Of a DNA stretch of 64,000 nt, positions 39,209 to 49,270 are shown piece by piece (position 1 is the first letter of the stretch; each line of letters opens with the position of its first letter). Made by a program: the position numbers and the translations under genes. The stretch is from Myxococcota bacterium (lineage in GTDB: Bacteria > Myxococcota_A > UBA796 > CAJQPC01), in contig DASCPX010000193.1 of the NCBI GenBank assembly GCA_036012755.1, positions 53,092-117,091 on the forward strand, in the 5' to 3' direction. The notes beneath the pieces are model-generated. The model ran no database searches. It saw only the letters and a list, made by a program, of their open reading frames with translations, and was not told the DNA's origin.

Positions 39209-41229
39209 GGCGACCAGATCGACCAGCTCCGATCCCCACTGGAGACAGTGGCGAAGACGCCGTCACTCCCGACCGAGATGGTCCGCAGCCAGGCCGCGCC
39301 AGTGTCGGTGCAGGTCGGCTCCTGGGCGGCGGTGTCGCGGCTGCAGACCTCGACGGTGTCGCTGGAGAGCCGGGCCCACCAGAAGGCGCCGTCATGGAAG
39401 ACCGGAGAGACGTGGACGAGCACCGTCCCCGAGCTGTCGAGCCGCTCCGCCTCGGTCCAGGTCTCCCCGGCGTCCGAGCTCGACTTCTGCATGACGGTGT
39501 TGCCGAACTCCTCGCGAGACAAGAGGTAGACGAGGTGCACCTCGTCCTCGACCAGCCCGAGCGACGGGCGCTCCATGCGGCCCTCGCCCTGGGTGTCGAG
39601 GACCTTGTTCCAGATGGGGTTCTCGTCAGGATTCCAGACCACCTTGAAGGTCTTGATGTGTCGGGTCGAGCGGTCCGTGGTGCCCGCGTCCGCGGAGGCG
39701 AAGGCGACCCAGGCGAAGTCGTCGCCCAGGGCCAGCGTGGGGTGGGTGGCGAGGCTGAAGTCGTTGGTCCCGGAGCCCATGCCCTCCCAACCGGAGTCCT
39801 CGGACCAGCGCACGATACGGATGGCCTTCGTCGCGTCATCCGGCCTGGCGACGATGGAGTTCTTCGTGTCGGCGTAGACCGCCCACAGTCTCTCCTGGTC
39901 GTCGGCCTGCAGCGTCGGAGACCACCAGGGGCTCACCTCCGGCTCGTCTGCGAAGCCGATCTGGGTCCAGCCCTCGCCCGAGTCTCGGAGACACTTCGGG
40001 ACCCAGGGCATCGCCTCGTCGTCGTCCAGGGAGAGCTGGCGCCAGCAGAGGTGGTCCACGTCTCCGGCGGAGATCGCGCGGGGAGCCTCGGCCCAGCCGG
40101 AGCTCAGGATCTCGCCGTCGGCTTCGACGCGCGGCCGACCGTCGACGTAGGTGGAGACGAGCTCGATGCCGCCAGCATGAGCGACCTCCAGCGGCCCCTC
40201 GGCGCCGTCGCCGGAGAGGCTTCGACCCGTGGAGTGGGGCATCTCGACGCCGACCATCTCAGCGACGGTCTGTGTCAGATCATGCAGCGTGACGGTGTCG
40301 GTCAGCGTGACGCCCTTGTCGACGCCAGGGCCGACGAGGAACATCGGGATCTCGCGGCAGCCAGCGCAGGAGTCACCGTGCTGACGCCAGTCCTCCTCCG
40401 CGCCGAAACGGTGTCGCCCGTGGTCGCTCACCAGGACCAGCGCCGTGGTCCCGGCGTAGGGTTCGTTGTCCTGGAGCCAGTCCCAGAGCTCGGCGATGGG
40501 CCCATCCACGGTCTTGATGGACTGTGGGTAGGCCTGTGGGGGCCCATAGTGCCCCGTCCGGTCGATGTTCTTGAGGTTCCAGACCACCAGCTTGCCCTCG
40601 TTGTTCGCGAGGTGGTCCTGGAGCGCCTCCAGCGTGGGCAGGTCGTCCGCCAGGGGCATCTCCGGGTTGTCCGGATCCGGGATGAAGGTGTAGTCGGCCC
40701 CGTGGTCCTCGCCGAAGCGGGGGTGCAGCGACCACGTGAGGCCCATCATCAAGGCGGCGTTGGCGCCGAAGTGGACCTCTTGATCCGAAGAGCCGTGCTT
40801 CGCCCGAACAGCCTCGAACAGCGTCGGGAACTCCGGTCGGTAGAGCCCCGGATCCCGCGTCGAGGCGTCGACGCCGTAGTTCCCGTAGGGCGTGTTCGTC
40901 CCGATCAGCAGGTCGCAGTGACCCGGGCCGGTGGTCGTGATCCCGGTGGAGATGCCGGGAAGGACCAGGGTCCCCCGCGAAAACAGCCGGTCGCGGACCT
41001 CTGGCATGAAGTCCTCTGTGGACTCGCCGGTGGTGTTCGACGTCGTGCCGCTGCCAAAGGACTCCTCCAGCCTCGCGCCGTCCATGACGACCACCACGAC
41101 GTGCTCGAGGTCCCCGGTCAGCTCGTCGCTGTCGTCGAGCACGACGACGCCAGTCTCGGTCCGGCTCTCGTCTTCGACGACCGGCTCGCTGTCCGCCGCG
41201 GGCCGACAGGCAAGGAGTGCGAGCAGCAT
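39205..41229 (-). CDS. alkaline phosphatase superfamily lipoprotein with C-terminal propeller/BNR region
   Basis: MDGAR, TTTGPGH, DRTGH, SDHG, QHG; SSDAGETW Asp-box. Confidence 0.8.
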   Translation of the reverse strand: MLLALLACRPAADSEPVVEDESRTETGVVVLDDSDELTGDLEHVVVVVMDGARLEESFGSGTTSNTTGESTEDFMPEVRDRLFSRGTLVLPGISTGITTTGPGHCDLLIGTNTPYGNYGVDASTRDPGLYRPEFPTLFEAVRAKHGSSDQEVHFGANAALMMGLTWSLHPRFGEDHGADYTFIPDPDNPEMPLADDLPTLEALQDHLANNEGKLVVWNLKNIDRTGHYGPPQAYPQSIKTVDGPIAELWDWLQDNEPYAGTTALVLVSDHGRHRFGAEEDWRQHGDSCAGCREIPMFLVGPGVDKGVTLTDTVTLHDLTQTVAEMVGVEMPHSTGRSLSGDGAEGPLEVAHAGGIELVSTYVDGRPRVEADGEILSSGWAEAPRAISAGDVDHLCWRQLSLDDDEAMPWVPKCLRDSGEGWTQIGFADEPEVSPWWSPTLQADDQERLWAVYADTKNSIVARPDDATKAIRIVRWSEDSGWEGMGSGTNDFSLATHPTLALGDDFAWVAFASADAGTTDRSTRHIKTFKVVWNPDENPIWNKVLDTQGEGRMERPSLGLVEDEVHLVYLLSREEFGNTVMQKSSSDAGETWTEAERLDSSGTVLVHVSPVFHDGAFWWARLSSDTVEVCSRDTAAQEPTCTDTGAAWLRTISVGSDGVFATVSSGDRSWSIWSP

Positions 41230-42137
41230 CAGTTGGCCTCGAGCACGGTGAGGTAGGGCGGAGCCGGGTGCGTGCAGGTGCTGCAGCGCAGGGCGAGCAC
41301 CCAGGTGCCGGCCCCGTCGATGCCCTCGAAGCCCTCCAGCTCTGACAGCATCAGGCTCGTGACGCCGTTGAGCTCGGCGTCGTAGAGGTCGTCTGCGACG
41401 AGCTCGAGATCGAGGAACTGCTGCTCGAGATCCGCCGCCGAGAGCTCCGCATAGTGGCTGATCATGATCCGGTCGATCCCACCGTGATCGAAGTCGTTTT
41501 GGAGGCCATCGACGGTGAGCCCGCTCCAGTCGACGCGGACCTCGTTCGTTCCGCTCGGGAAGCTCATCGAGCCGTCGATGGCGACGCTGAAGTCGAGCAC
41601 GGTGTCCGTGTTCTCGATGGCGATCTCGGTCACGTCGCTCTCCGAGACCGGAGAGAGGAACTTCAGCATGCGCGAGCCGACCCCCGGGGTCGTCCCTGAC
41701 TGGACGACGACGAGCCAGCTGGCGATCTTGTCGGTCTCGAGGCGGAACTGGTTCTCGACGTCGATGTCGTTGCCGAGCAGCGTGAAGTCGGCGATCCCGG
41801 TCACCGTCGCGTCCCCGGGCTCGTTCAGGAAGAAGCCGGCGACGTCCGACTGCAACAGGGAGTTGTTGGACAGCGAGTCCATCACCTGTTCCTCGTCGAG
41901 GTAGCGAAATGCCAACAGCGTCAGCATGTCGATGTCCTCGACCGGGTCGGTCTCGTGGAGCTGGAGGTCCGTGTCGAGTCCGGACCAGTCGAGCTGCACG
42001 TCGGCGTAGGACTGGACCTCGATGGTGGTGATGTCGAGGCCACCGTCGAAGAAGTAGTTGTCGTCGTCGGCCAGCGTCACGGGCTCGGGCTCGGAGCTGG
42101 AGCCGTTGCAGGCGAGGATTGGCAGGAGGAGGGTCAT
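41229..42137 (-). CDS. hypothetical lipoprotein
   Basis: MTLLLPILAC at ATG 42137 overlapping TGA; internally duplicated DWSGL motif; C-terminal CSTCTHPAP. Confidence 0.75.
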   Translation of the reverse strand: MTLLLPILACNGSSSEPEPVTLADDDNYFFDGGLDITTIEVQSYADVQLDWSGLDTDLQLHETDPVEDIDMLTLLAFRYLDEEQVMDSLSNNSLLQSDVAGFFLNEPGDATVTGIADFTLLGNDIDVENQFRLETDKIASWLVVVQSGTTPGVGSRMLKFLSPVSESDVTEIAIENTDTVLDFSVAIDGSMSFPSGTNEVRVDWSGLTVDGLQNDFDHGGIDRIMISHYAELSAADLEQQFLDLELVADDLYDAELNGVTSLMLSELEGFEGIDGAGTWVLALRCSTCTHPAPPYLTVLEAN

Positions 42138-43390
42138 GGGAGGCTCGGGACCCACTCGGTGTAGCCGACCCCGGCGCCGATGTCGGTGTAGAGCTCCCAG
42201 AGCAGCTCGCCCTCGGGGCTGACCTGCTCGATGCGACCGGCTGTGGTCCAGCTCACCAGCGTCGTGTCGTCGATCCGCACGACCGATCCCAGGGCGTAGT
42301 TGTAGAGCGTCGGATCGGGCCGGTAGACCCAGACCTCCTCGGCCGTGCCGCCCTCCAGATCGATGGCGTACTCGACCACCCTGGAGTCCGCCTCCTCCGT
42401 GCTGCCGTTGTCGAAGACCAGCAGTCCCCCGTCGATGGCGTCGAACTGGTGCTGGTTCACGGGGTGGGCCTTCTCGCCCTCGATGGCGAGGTCCCCGAAC
42501 TCGCCGAGGGCCCAGTCCAGCTGCCCGTCCGCGTCGATACAAGCGATGGTGTTGAGGTTCCGCATGGAGACGAGGAAGCCGCCGTCGTCCGGGTCCATCG
42601 CGTTGGCGTGGTGCCAGTACCTGCGGCGCTCCTCGTCCGCGTACTCCGCCTCGAAGGGGAAGGAGTCGAAGCCGTTCCAGAGCTCGGTGGTGTTCCCATC
42701 GCGGTCCAGCTGCAGCACGGAGTCGCCGAGGACCTCGCGCCCGTCCTCGACGATGGAGGTGAGGCCCTGGTAGGCGTAGACGCCGTCATCTATCTGGAAG
42801 AAGTCGTGGTGGTAGTCCGGGGCCTGGATGACGTTGGTCTCCGAGCCGTCCCAGCTGACCTCGATGAGCTCGTTGTGGCGATCCGTGGCCGTGGGGTCGT
42901 TGGTAGAGACGCCGAAGACCATGCCGCTGCCGTCGAGCATCGGCATCGCCCGCCCGAGCTGGATGTTGGAGCGGTCGTCGAGCCACCACCAGACGAGGTC
43001 GCCGTCGGCGTCGAGGATGGCCGCGGCGCTGGTGGCAGAGAGGAAGGTCGTGACCATGAAGCCGCCGGTCAGCGCCGGCTCGCCGGAGACGTTGAGGCCT
43101 GGAAGGACGTTGGGCGGGCTCTCGGTGGCCACCACGGTGCCGCCGGAGGAGCCCTCGCTCTCGACCTCGAAGACGTAGGTCGTGTCTGCCTTGAGGCCGA
43201 GGACGAGCACCTCGCCGTCCCCCTCGATGCTGTGGTCGAGGTCGCCGCCCTGCACGCCGTAGCGAACGGTGCCCTGGCCCCCGTCCCAGCTCAAGCTGAC
43301 GACGGTGGAGATGTCCTCTGAGAGGCTCGCCTCGACGACGAGCCCCTCCTCGGCGGGGCCCGTGCAGGCCCCCGAAAACAGCCAGATCAA
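42134..43390 (-). CDS. aryl-sulfate sulfotransferase (ASST)-like lipoprotein
   Basis: HHDF, HANAM, SMRN, QHQ, FDNG motifs; N-terminal FN3-like region; TTG start with GGAGG. Confidence 0.85.
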   Translation of the reverse strand: MIWLFSGACTGPAEEGLVVEASLSEDISTVVSLSWDGGQGTVRYGVQGGDLDHSIEGDGEVLVLGLKADTTYVFEVESEGSSGGTVVATESPPNVLPGLNVSGEPALTGGFMVTTFLSATSAAAILDADGDLVWWWLDDRSNIQLGRAMPMLDGSGMVFGVSTNDPTATDRHNELIEVSWDGSETNVIQAPDYHHDFFQIDDGVYAYQGLTSIVEDGREVLGDSVLQLDRDGNTTELWNGFDSFPFEAEYADEERRRYWHHANAMDPDDGGFLVSMRNLNTIACIDADGQLDWALGEFGDLAIEGEKAHPVNQHQFDAIDGGLLVFDNGSTEEADSRVVEYAIDLEGGTAEEVWVYRPDPTLYNYALGSVVRIDDTTLVSWTTAGRIEQVSPEGELLWELYTDIGAGVGYTEWVPSLP

Positions 43391-43436
43391 AGCGCCTCCA
43401 GGAGCCTTCTATAGCCTCTGGATGACCCCCAGCGCC

Positions 43437-44552
43437 CTACTCGTCGATCACCGAGAGCACCATCTCGGCGATCGCCGCGTGGCCCGAGGCGTTGGGGTGG
43501 ATGCAGGTGTCGTCGAACCACGTGGCCGCGCTGGAGCCGCGGTAGCACGGGGCCGAGGAGTCGCCGGCGTTGTAGCCGTGGCCGCAGAAGCCCTCTCGCA
43601 ACAGCAGCATGTCCGTCTGCGTGTCCACCGCCAGGGCAAGGTAGTCGCCCATCGCCCGGCGGGTGAGCTCGTCGATGAAGGCCGAGTCGACGTCGCCGTA
43701 GCCCACCATGTCGGCTCCAGGGCAGGACCCCAGGTCCATCGTGCCGTCGCTGTACTCGTAGACGTTCGCGAAGATCACGTAGACGCCGCCTGGGAAGTCC
43801 TCTCCGGCGATCCAGGTGACCGCCCCCTCCATGAGCTCCACCCACTCCTCGTACTTCGCCTCGATCTCGGCCTCGCCCGCCCCCTCCATCTGGGCCTGGA
43901 TGGCCTTGAAGACGTCGTTGCCGCCAGAGGTCATCACCACCAGCGTCGACAGGTCGCGGTCCGACTCGGGCAGGCAGTCCAGCACCTGGGAGTTGTCGCG
44001 CATGAGGTCATCGGTCCGCCCGCCCCACTTCGCGCACACGCCGAAGTCACCGCTGAAGGTCTCGTAGGGCTTGCCCGAGATGAGGTCGGCCTGCTGCCAG
44101 AGCCACTCCGGCTTCTCCAGGCCGTAGCGCTCCGCGAGGGTCTCCGCGAGCACGTTGCGGTACCAGGCTTCGCTGGCTGTGGGCGGGCTGCCAAGGGTCA
44201 CGGAGTCCCCGATGAACACGACCCGCTCGATGTCGTCGGGGATGTCCTGGTGATCCGTGCCGAGGCAGTGGCTGCCGATGCGAGCACCCGCCTGGTCGTA
44301 GTCCGGGAGGGGGTAGTCCGGGGACATGAACGACGCGAAGCAGTCGCTGTAGATGTCGCCGGAGGGGGGCTCGTCCCCCGTGTCGTCCAGAGGATCGTCG
44401 TCGGGGTCGTCGGTCTCGGAGTCGTCCGAGCCGCCGGGCTCGCCGTCGTCGCCGGTGTCCTCCCAGATCGGGCTCGACCGGTCGGGTTTGTCCACCGCGA
44501 CCTCGAAGGTGTTCTCGACAGGAGAACACGCAAGGGTGAGCAAAAGGCCCAT
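43437..44552 (-). CDS. SGNH/GDSL hydrolase lipoprotein
   Basis: GDSV block I, GGND block III, DTCIHPN block V; MGLLLTLAC. Confidence 0.9.
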   Translation of the reverse strand: MGLLLTLACSPVENTFEVAVDKPDRSSPIWEDTGDDGEPGGSDDSETDDPDDDPLDDTGDEPPSGDIYSDCFASFMSPDYPLPDYDQAGARIGSHCLGTDHQDIPDDIERVVFIGDSVTLGSPPTASEAWYRNVLAETLAERYGLEKPEWLWQQADLISGKPYETFSGDFGVCAKWGGRTDDLMRDNSQVLDCLPESDRDLSTLVVMTSGGNDVFKAIQAQMEGAGEAEIEAKYEEWVELMEGAVTWIAGEDFPGGVYVIFANVYEYSDGTMDLGSCPGADMVGYGDVDSAFIDELTRRAMGDYLALAVDTQTDMLLLREGFCGHGYNAGDSSAPCYRGSSAATWFDDTCIHPNASGHAAIAEMVLSVIDE

Positions 44553-44625
44553 TCCTCCGACCTCCTCGGCGCCAGAAGGGCGGGGTATACACCGCGTCTA
44601 CCCACGAGACAAGTCCACAGAGGCT

Positions 44626-45579
44626 ATGAGCGTCGCGATGTTGCCGCTGACCATCGCTCGGTGTGCTCTCCACGCGCCCTCGAAGATCGAGACCGCAGGG
44701 GACCTGTCCCCCCGGGTCGGTCGCAGCGCAGACTGGATCAAGAAGCGCTCCCGCGTCCACGAGCGCCGGATCCACGACGGGCCGGTCGAGGTCCTCGCCG
44801 CCGAGGCGATCCGGGGTCTGGAGCTCGACGAGCCACCAGAGCTGCTCATCAACTGCGGGCTCACGCCGCGCCAGCTGATCCCGGACACCTCGACCTTCGT
44901 GGCACGCGAGCTCGGCTGGAGCGAGATCCCCACGTGGTCGATCCATGCCACCTGCATGGGCTTCTTCGTCGGCCTCCAGCAGGCGGCGGCCCTGTTGGCG
45001 GCCGACAGCTACGAGCGCATCGTGCTCGTCGCCGCCGAGCGGGGCAGCATCTGCCGGGACTTCGACCAGCCCGAGTCCAGCGTGCTGATCGGGGACGGCG
45101 CCGGAGCGGCGCTCGTGACGAGGGGACCGGGCAGGCTCATCGACTGGCGCATGAAGACCTTCCCCGAGCACGCGGAGCTCGCCCAGCTCCAGGGATGCGG
45201 GATCCACCGGCACCCGAACAACCCCGAGACCCAGGCCTCCGACAACCTCTTCCACATGGCCGGACCGCGGCTCTACCGCCACGGCCTGAAGCACATGACA
45301 CAGATGCTGGACGACATCCTCGGGGACAACGGCATCGAGCGAAAACGAGTGAAGCGGGTCGTGCCACACCAGGCCTCCGGGCCCGCGACCGACGCGATCG
45401 TGCGCTACTTCTCGGAAGAACAGGTCGTGGACATCATCGGCTCCTACGGCAACTGCATCGCAGCGTCGATGCCGATGGCCCTGGCCACGGTCGCTGACGA
45501 GATGAGCCGGGGCGACATCCTGTTGATGATGGGGACCGGAGCCGGTCTCAGCGTCGGAGCCGCGCTGCTGGAATGGTGA
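44626..45579 (+). CDS. KAS III/FabH-like condensing enzyme
   Basis: Cys-His-Asn triad: HATCMG, VPHQAS, GNCIAAS; GDGAGA, GAGLS. Start 44626 or 44638. Confidence 0.9.
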   Translation: MSVAMLPLTIARCALHAPSKIETAGDLSPRVGRSADWIKKRSRVHERRIHDGPVEVLAAEAIRGLELDEPPELLINCGLTPRQLIPDTSTFVARELGWSEIPTWSIHATCMGFFVGLQQAAALLAADSYERIVLVAAERGSICRDFDQPESSVLIGDGAGAALVTRGPGRLIDWRMKTFPEHAELAQLQGCGIHRHPNNPETQASDNLFHMAGPRLYRHGLKHMTQMLDDILGDNGIERKRVKRVVPHQASGPATDAIVRYFSEEQVVDIIGSYGNCIAASMPMALATVADEMSRGDILLMMGTGAGLSVGAALLEW

Positions 45580-46685
45580 CGCAGATGGTGAAGCTGGACA
45601 CGATGCTAGCGCGGATGGGCGCCGCCCGGCGCGCTATCGCTACGACTTGGAGTCTGCATGTCGGCCCGGTGGTCACGGCCTTCTTCTACGTCCAGCTGCG
45701 CATCGCCGTCTGGTGGGGTCAGGTCATGGACTCCGTGTTCTTTCCGGCGGTCGCGAAGCAGGAGATCAAGGCCCCGATCGTGATCGTGGGGAATCCTCGG
45801 ACGGGCACGACCTTCCTGCAGCGCTTCCTGCACGACAACGGCATCGGCACCGGGCAGCAACTGTGGCGCATGCTCTACCCGAGCCTGACCCTGCAGTTCT
45901 TCATCGGGCCGCTGTTGCCGCTCTTGGAGAAGATCAGCCCGGCTCGCCACCACTCAACGGCGGCCCACGAGACCAGCCTCACCGGTGTCGAGACGGACGA
46001 TGTCAGCGTCTTCTTCCGCTACTTCGACGGCTTCTTCCTCTACGGCTTCCTCCTGGCCTGGGCGGACGAAGACCACGAGCCCTCCTTCGACCCACAGACC
46101 AGGGACACCAGCGAGCGGGACTTCGCCTGGCTGGAGGACCTCTGGAAGCGCAACCTGGTGGCCACCGGTGGAGACCGGGTCGTCGCCAAGCTCTTCTCGT
46201 TGGCCCCTCGCCTGCCCGCCTTCCACGAGCGCTTCCCGGACGCCCGCATCCTCTTCATGGCCCGAGACCCGCTGTCCGTCATCCCCTCCGGCATGTCGCT
46301 GGTGACCGGCGTGCTCGACAAGCGGTTCGGCTTCTGGGACCTCCCCGACGACGTTCGCCGACGGTGGACGGAGCGTCTCTATGCAGCGCTCGTGAAGCTC
46401 TTCATCCGTTTCACCGATGACTACAACTCAGGCGCCATCGACCGCGACAAGGTCTTCGTCGTGCGCTTCGACCGGCTCATGTCCGACTTCGAGGGGCTGA
46501 TGGCCGAGATCCTGGAGTTCGTGGGTCACGAACCGAGCGTGGAGCTCCACAACGTCATCGTGCAGCGGGCAGAGAAGCAGCGGGCCTACAAGAGCAAGCA
46601 CGGCTACGACCTGGAGCGCTTCTTCCTCGACGAAGACCGCATCCGAAGGGACTGCGCGCCCTTCTACGAGACCTTCCTGAGCTGA
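45573..46685 (+). CDS. PAPS-dependent sulfotransferase (Sulfotransfer_3-like)
   Basis: GNPRTGTT 5'-PSB loop, RDPLSVIPS 3'-PB; overlaps the FabH-like stop. Confidence 0.9.
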   Translation: MVTQMVKLDTMLARMGAARRAIATTWSLHVGPVVTAFFYVQLRIAVWWGQVMDSVFFPAVAKQEIKAPIVIVGNPRTGTTFLQRFLHDNGIGTGQQLWRMLYPSLTLQFFIGPLLPLLEKISPARHHSTAAHETSLTGVETDDVSVFFRYFDGFFLYGFLLAWADEDHEPSFDPQTRDTSERDFAWLEDLWKRNLVATGGDRVVAKLFSLAPRLPAFHERFPDARILFMARDPLSVIPSGMSLVTGVLDKRFGFWDLPDDVRRRWTERLYAALVKLFIRFTDDYNSGAIDRDKVFVVRFDRLMSDFEGLMAEILEFVGHEPSVELHNVIVQRAEKQRAYKSKHGYDLERFFLDEDRIRRDCAPFYETFLS

Positions 46686-46732
46686 CCGCCTCACCACTCC
46701 GGGGTCTGGATCTCGGACTCGGCGGTGCGGCG

Positions 46733-46938
46733 GATCATGGGCTGATTGTAAGTCCGATTTACCGCGGCGATCACGTAGGTGGATCGGATGATCGCGCCGC
46801 AACGGGCCCGCCGGGGTAGGCGGCCCGACGAAGGCGTGTCTGGACACTTCGAGGAGGGCCAACGCCGCCCGGCGGTGTCCGGGGCAAGCGAGGGACGGTC
46901 AACCGAAGTGATCGACGCAATACAATCAGCCCATAATC
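46733..46938. repeat. ~206-bp palindromic MITE-like element / rod-like structured RNA
   Basis: Terminal IR ATGGGCTGATTGTA (46737-46750) / TACAATCAGCCCAT (46921-46934), plus nested inner stems. Confidence 0.7.
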
Positions 46939-49270
46939 AGAGGGCCCACACGTTGACCAGAGCCTTGTCGAGGTGGGCCGCGTAGAGCCGCCTGTCGACC
47001 TCGTCGTAGAAGTAGTGGGCCGGGATCACGCCGCTCTGGACCAGGGGCTTCCTGTCGACGACCTCGAGGCTCTTCGCGTCGCAGATCACCAGGTACTCGC
47101 GGCGTTTGTCGTCCATCTCGACCGCGATCATCTGCTTCCCGGAGTGGAGGAGCTTGGTGAAGGGGGCCTCGCCAACCGGCGCGAGGGTGTCGGCGTCCAG
47201 GATCAACCCGCCGAGGAAGAGCCGATGGCCCACCGAGTCGTAGACGAAGGCATCCAGTCCGGTGTTCGTCGTCTTCCTCTTCGATGACTTGCCGCCGGAA
47301 CCCTTGGCACCGGACTTCGAGCCCTTCTCGGCCTCCTTCCCAAGCGGCGTCTCCGCAGACTTGCCGGCCTTGGCATCCTTGCCAGCCTTGGACTCCTTGG
47401 TGGCCTTGGCGTCCTTGGTGGCCTTGGCGTCCTTGGTGGCCTTGGCGTCCTTGCCACCCTTGGGGGGCTTGCCCTCCTTCTCGATGCCCCGCTTCTTCTG
47501 CCGCGGCTTGTCGGGCAGGTCGGCCTTGCCAGCCTTGCCGGCCTTGCCCTCCTTGCCCTCCTTCTCCGCCCGCTGTTGCTTGCCGTTGCCGCTCCGGGCG
47601 TCCTCGCGAAGCTCCTGTCGCATGAGCTCCTTGCCGTCGTCCAGGGCCAGGGCCAGCACGGTCTCGCCACGCAGGGCCACGTAGAGCCGGTCCTTGCCGA
47701 AGGCGACCAGACCCTTGCCCGGGCCTGCGTCCGGGCCCACCGCGAACTCCGAGTACTGCTTCTTCCAGACGACCCGGCCCGTCTTGGTGTCCGCGAGCAC
47801 GATCCAGCCGGTCTCGGGCTGGGCCACTGCGGCGAGGCCCGATGCTGGGTCGTAGGCCAGGTCACCGAGCGAGTCCCCAGTGCTCGCGGGGATGCCGAGG
47901 TCCAGCCTCTTTGGGCTCGATGCCTTCTTGCCGATGTCCCACTGGTAGATCGCGGCGTCGTAGTGGGTGGCGACCAACAGGCGGTCGCGCTTGGCGTCCA
48001 GGGCCATCTCGAAGGGCCAGGGCAGCTCTCCCATCTCCGTGACCTTTCCCTTGCGGTCCCAGCGGTAGATCGTGCTGCCGCCGAGCCGAGACAGCACATA
48101 CCGGTCTCCCCCGGGATCTACGACCACACCCTCGGCTGACAGGGCGATGTGCACCTCGCCCTCGATCTCGCCGCTGGCGACGTCGATGACCGCGACGCTG
48201 CCGTCGCCGCCGTGGGCGACGAAGGCCTTGCCCGCGCCAGCGTCCCCAGCGATGCCGAGGGACTCGTAGCCGGTCTCCAGCTGGGCCTGCACAGCGCCGG
48301 TCCGGAGGTCCAGGAGCCAGGTCTCGCCCCCCGGGCGGCCCTTGGCGAAGCCGGCGTCGGAGAGCGTCAGCACCACGACATCACCGATGACCTGCATCCG
48401 CTTGGGCACATGGCCGACCTCTGTACGCCAGAGGACCTTGCCCTTGGGGCTGACCCGCACGATCTCGTCGGTCCCGAAGACCATCCCGCCGTCATCGAGG
48501 GCGGCGAGTCGCTTCGGGAGCCGCTCGGAGACCCCGCTCGGACTGAAGACGGCGACCTGGGTGATTTCACGGGTCTTCGGATCGAACAGGAGCGCCTTGC
48601 CACCTTGGGGCCCGCCGGCGACGACCGCGACGTTTCGCCCGTTCGGGCTCGTAGAGACGGAGCGCGCCCTGTCGATGGGGATGTCCATCGTCGATTGGCA
48701 GCTCGGATCGTAGCCGGTGATGACGCCGGTGTCCTGGTTGCAGATCCAGGTCCATCCGTCCCCATCGATGGCGCATGATTGTGTCGGATATCCTTGAGAA
48801 GGACCCTCCTTCGGATCGATCTTCGTCACCAGCTTCCCGCTGTCGATGTCGACGACACGAATCTGTGCGAACTTCGAGTTGACCCACACGATCCGGCGAC
48901 TGCGCGAGTCGAAGAACACGTTGGCGATGTTCCAGCTCTCGGTCAGCTCGAGGTCCACCGCCTGGACCGGGTGTCCGACAGCGACGTCCGTGGCCACGAG
49001 CCAACCGCTGGTGATGGAGCTGTGCCAGAGGCGGTCCTCTTTCGCGTCGTAGATGAGCGGCAAGCCCTTGACCGCGTTGGGCACGGCGACTCCCCAGACG
49101 GCCTCTGAGAGCACCAGGCGCTCCACCGGCAAGGGGGCATCGGCCAGCAGGTTGTCGTCCGGCACCTCCGGAACAGGCAGGACCAGCTCGGCCTGCTCCC
49201 CCTTGGGCGTGGCGTTGGACTCCTGGTCGGGACCGCAGGAGAAGGCGAACAGCAGGGTCAAGGAGATCAT
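46937..49270 (-). CDS. YncE-like beta-propeller lipoprotein with Lys-rich insert
   Basis: MISLTLLFAFSC; repeated propeller blades; K/A/G-rich low-complexity segment. Confidence 0.75.
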   Translation of the reverse strand: MISLTLLFAFSCGPDQESNATPKGEQAELVLPVPEVPDDNLLADAPLPVERLVLSEAVWGVAVPNAVKGLPLIYDAKEDRLWHSSITSGWLVATDVAVGHPVQAVDLELTESWNIANVFFDSRSRRIVWVNSKFAQIRVVDIDSGKLVTKIDPKEGPSQGYPTQSCAIDGDGWTWICNQDTGVITGYDPSCQSTMDIPIDRARSVSTSPNGRNVAVVAGGPQGGKALLFDPKTREITQVAVFSPSGVSERLPKRLAALDDGGMVFGTDEIVRVSPKGKVLWRTEVGHVPKRMQVIGDVVVLTLSDAGFAKGRPGGETWLLDLRTGAVQAQLETGYESLGIAGDAGAGKAFVAHGGDGSVAVIDVASGEIEGEVHIALSAEGVVVDPGGDRYVLSRLGGSTIYRWDRKGKVTEMGELPWPFEMALDAKRDRLLVATHYDAAIYQWDIGKKASSPKRLDLGIPASTGDSLGDLAYDPASGLAAVAQPETGWIVLADTKTGRVVWKKQYSEFAVGPDAGPGKGLVAFGKDRLYVALRGETVLALALDDGKELMRQELREDARSGNGKQQRAEKEGKEGKAGKAGKADLPDKPRQKKRGIEKEGKPPKGGKDAKATKDAKATKDAKATKESKAGKDAKAGKSAETPLGKEAEKGSKSGAKGSGGKSSKRKTTNTGLDAFVYDSVGHRLFLGGLILDADTLAPVGEAPFTKLLHSGKQMIAVEMDDKRREYLVICDAKSLEVVDRKPLVQSGVIPAHYFYDEVDRRLYAAHLDKALVNVWAL
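47365..47454 (-). repeat. 18-bp tandem repeat x5 encoding KDAKAT-like units
   Basis: tggccttggcgtccttgg x3 (47401-47454) plus two degenerate copies. Confidence 0.9.

Noticed and set aside
46779..46985. 68-aa ORF inside the palindromic element
   Set aside because: No motif, atypical composition, and it overlaps the convergent gene; better explained as non-coding.
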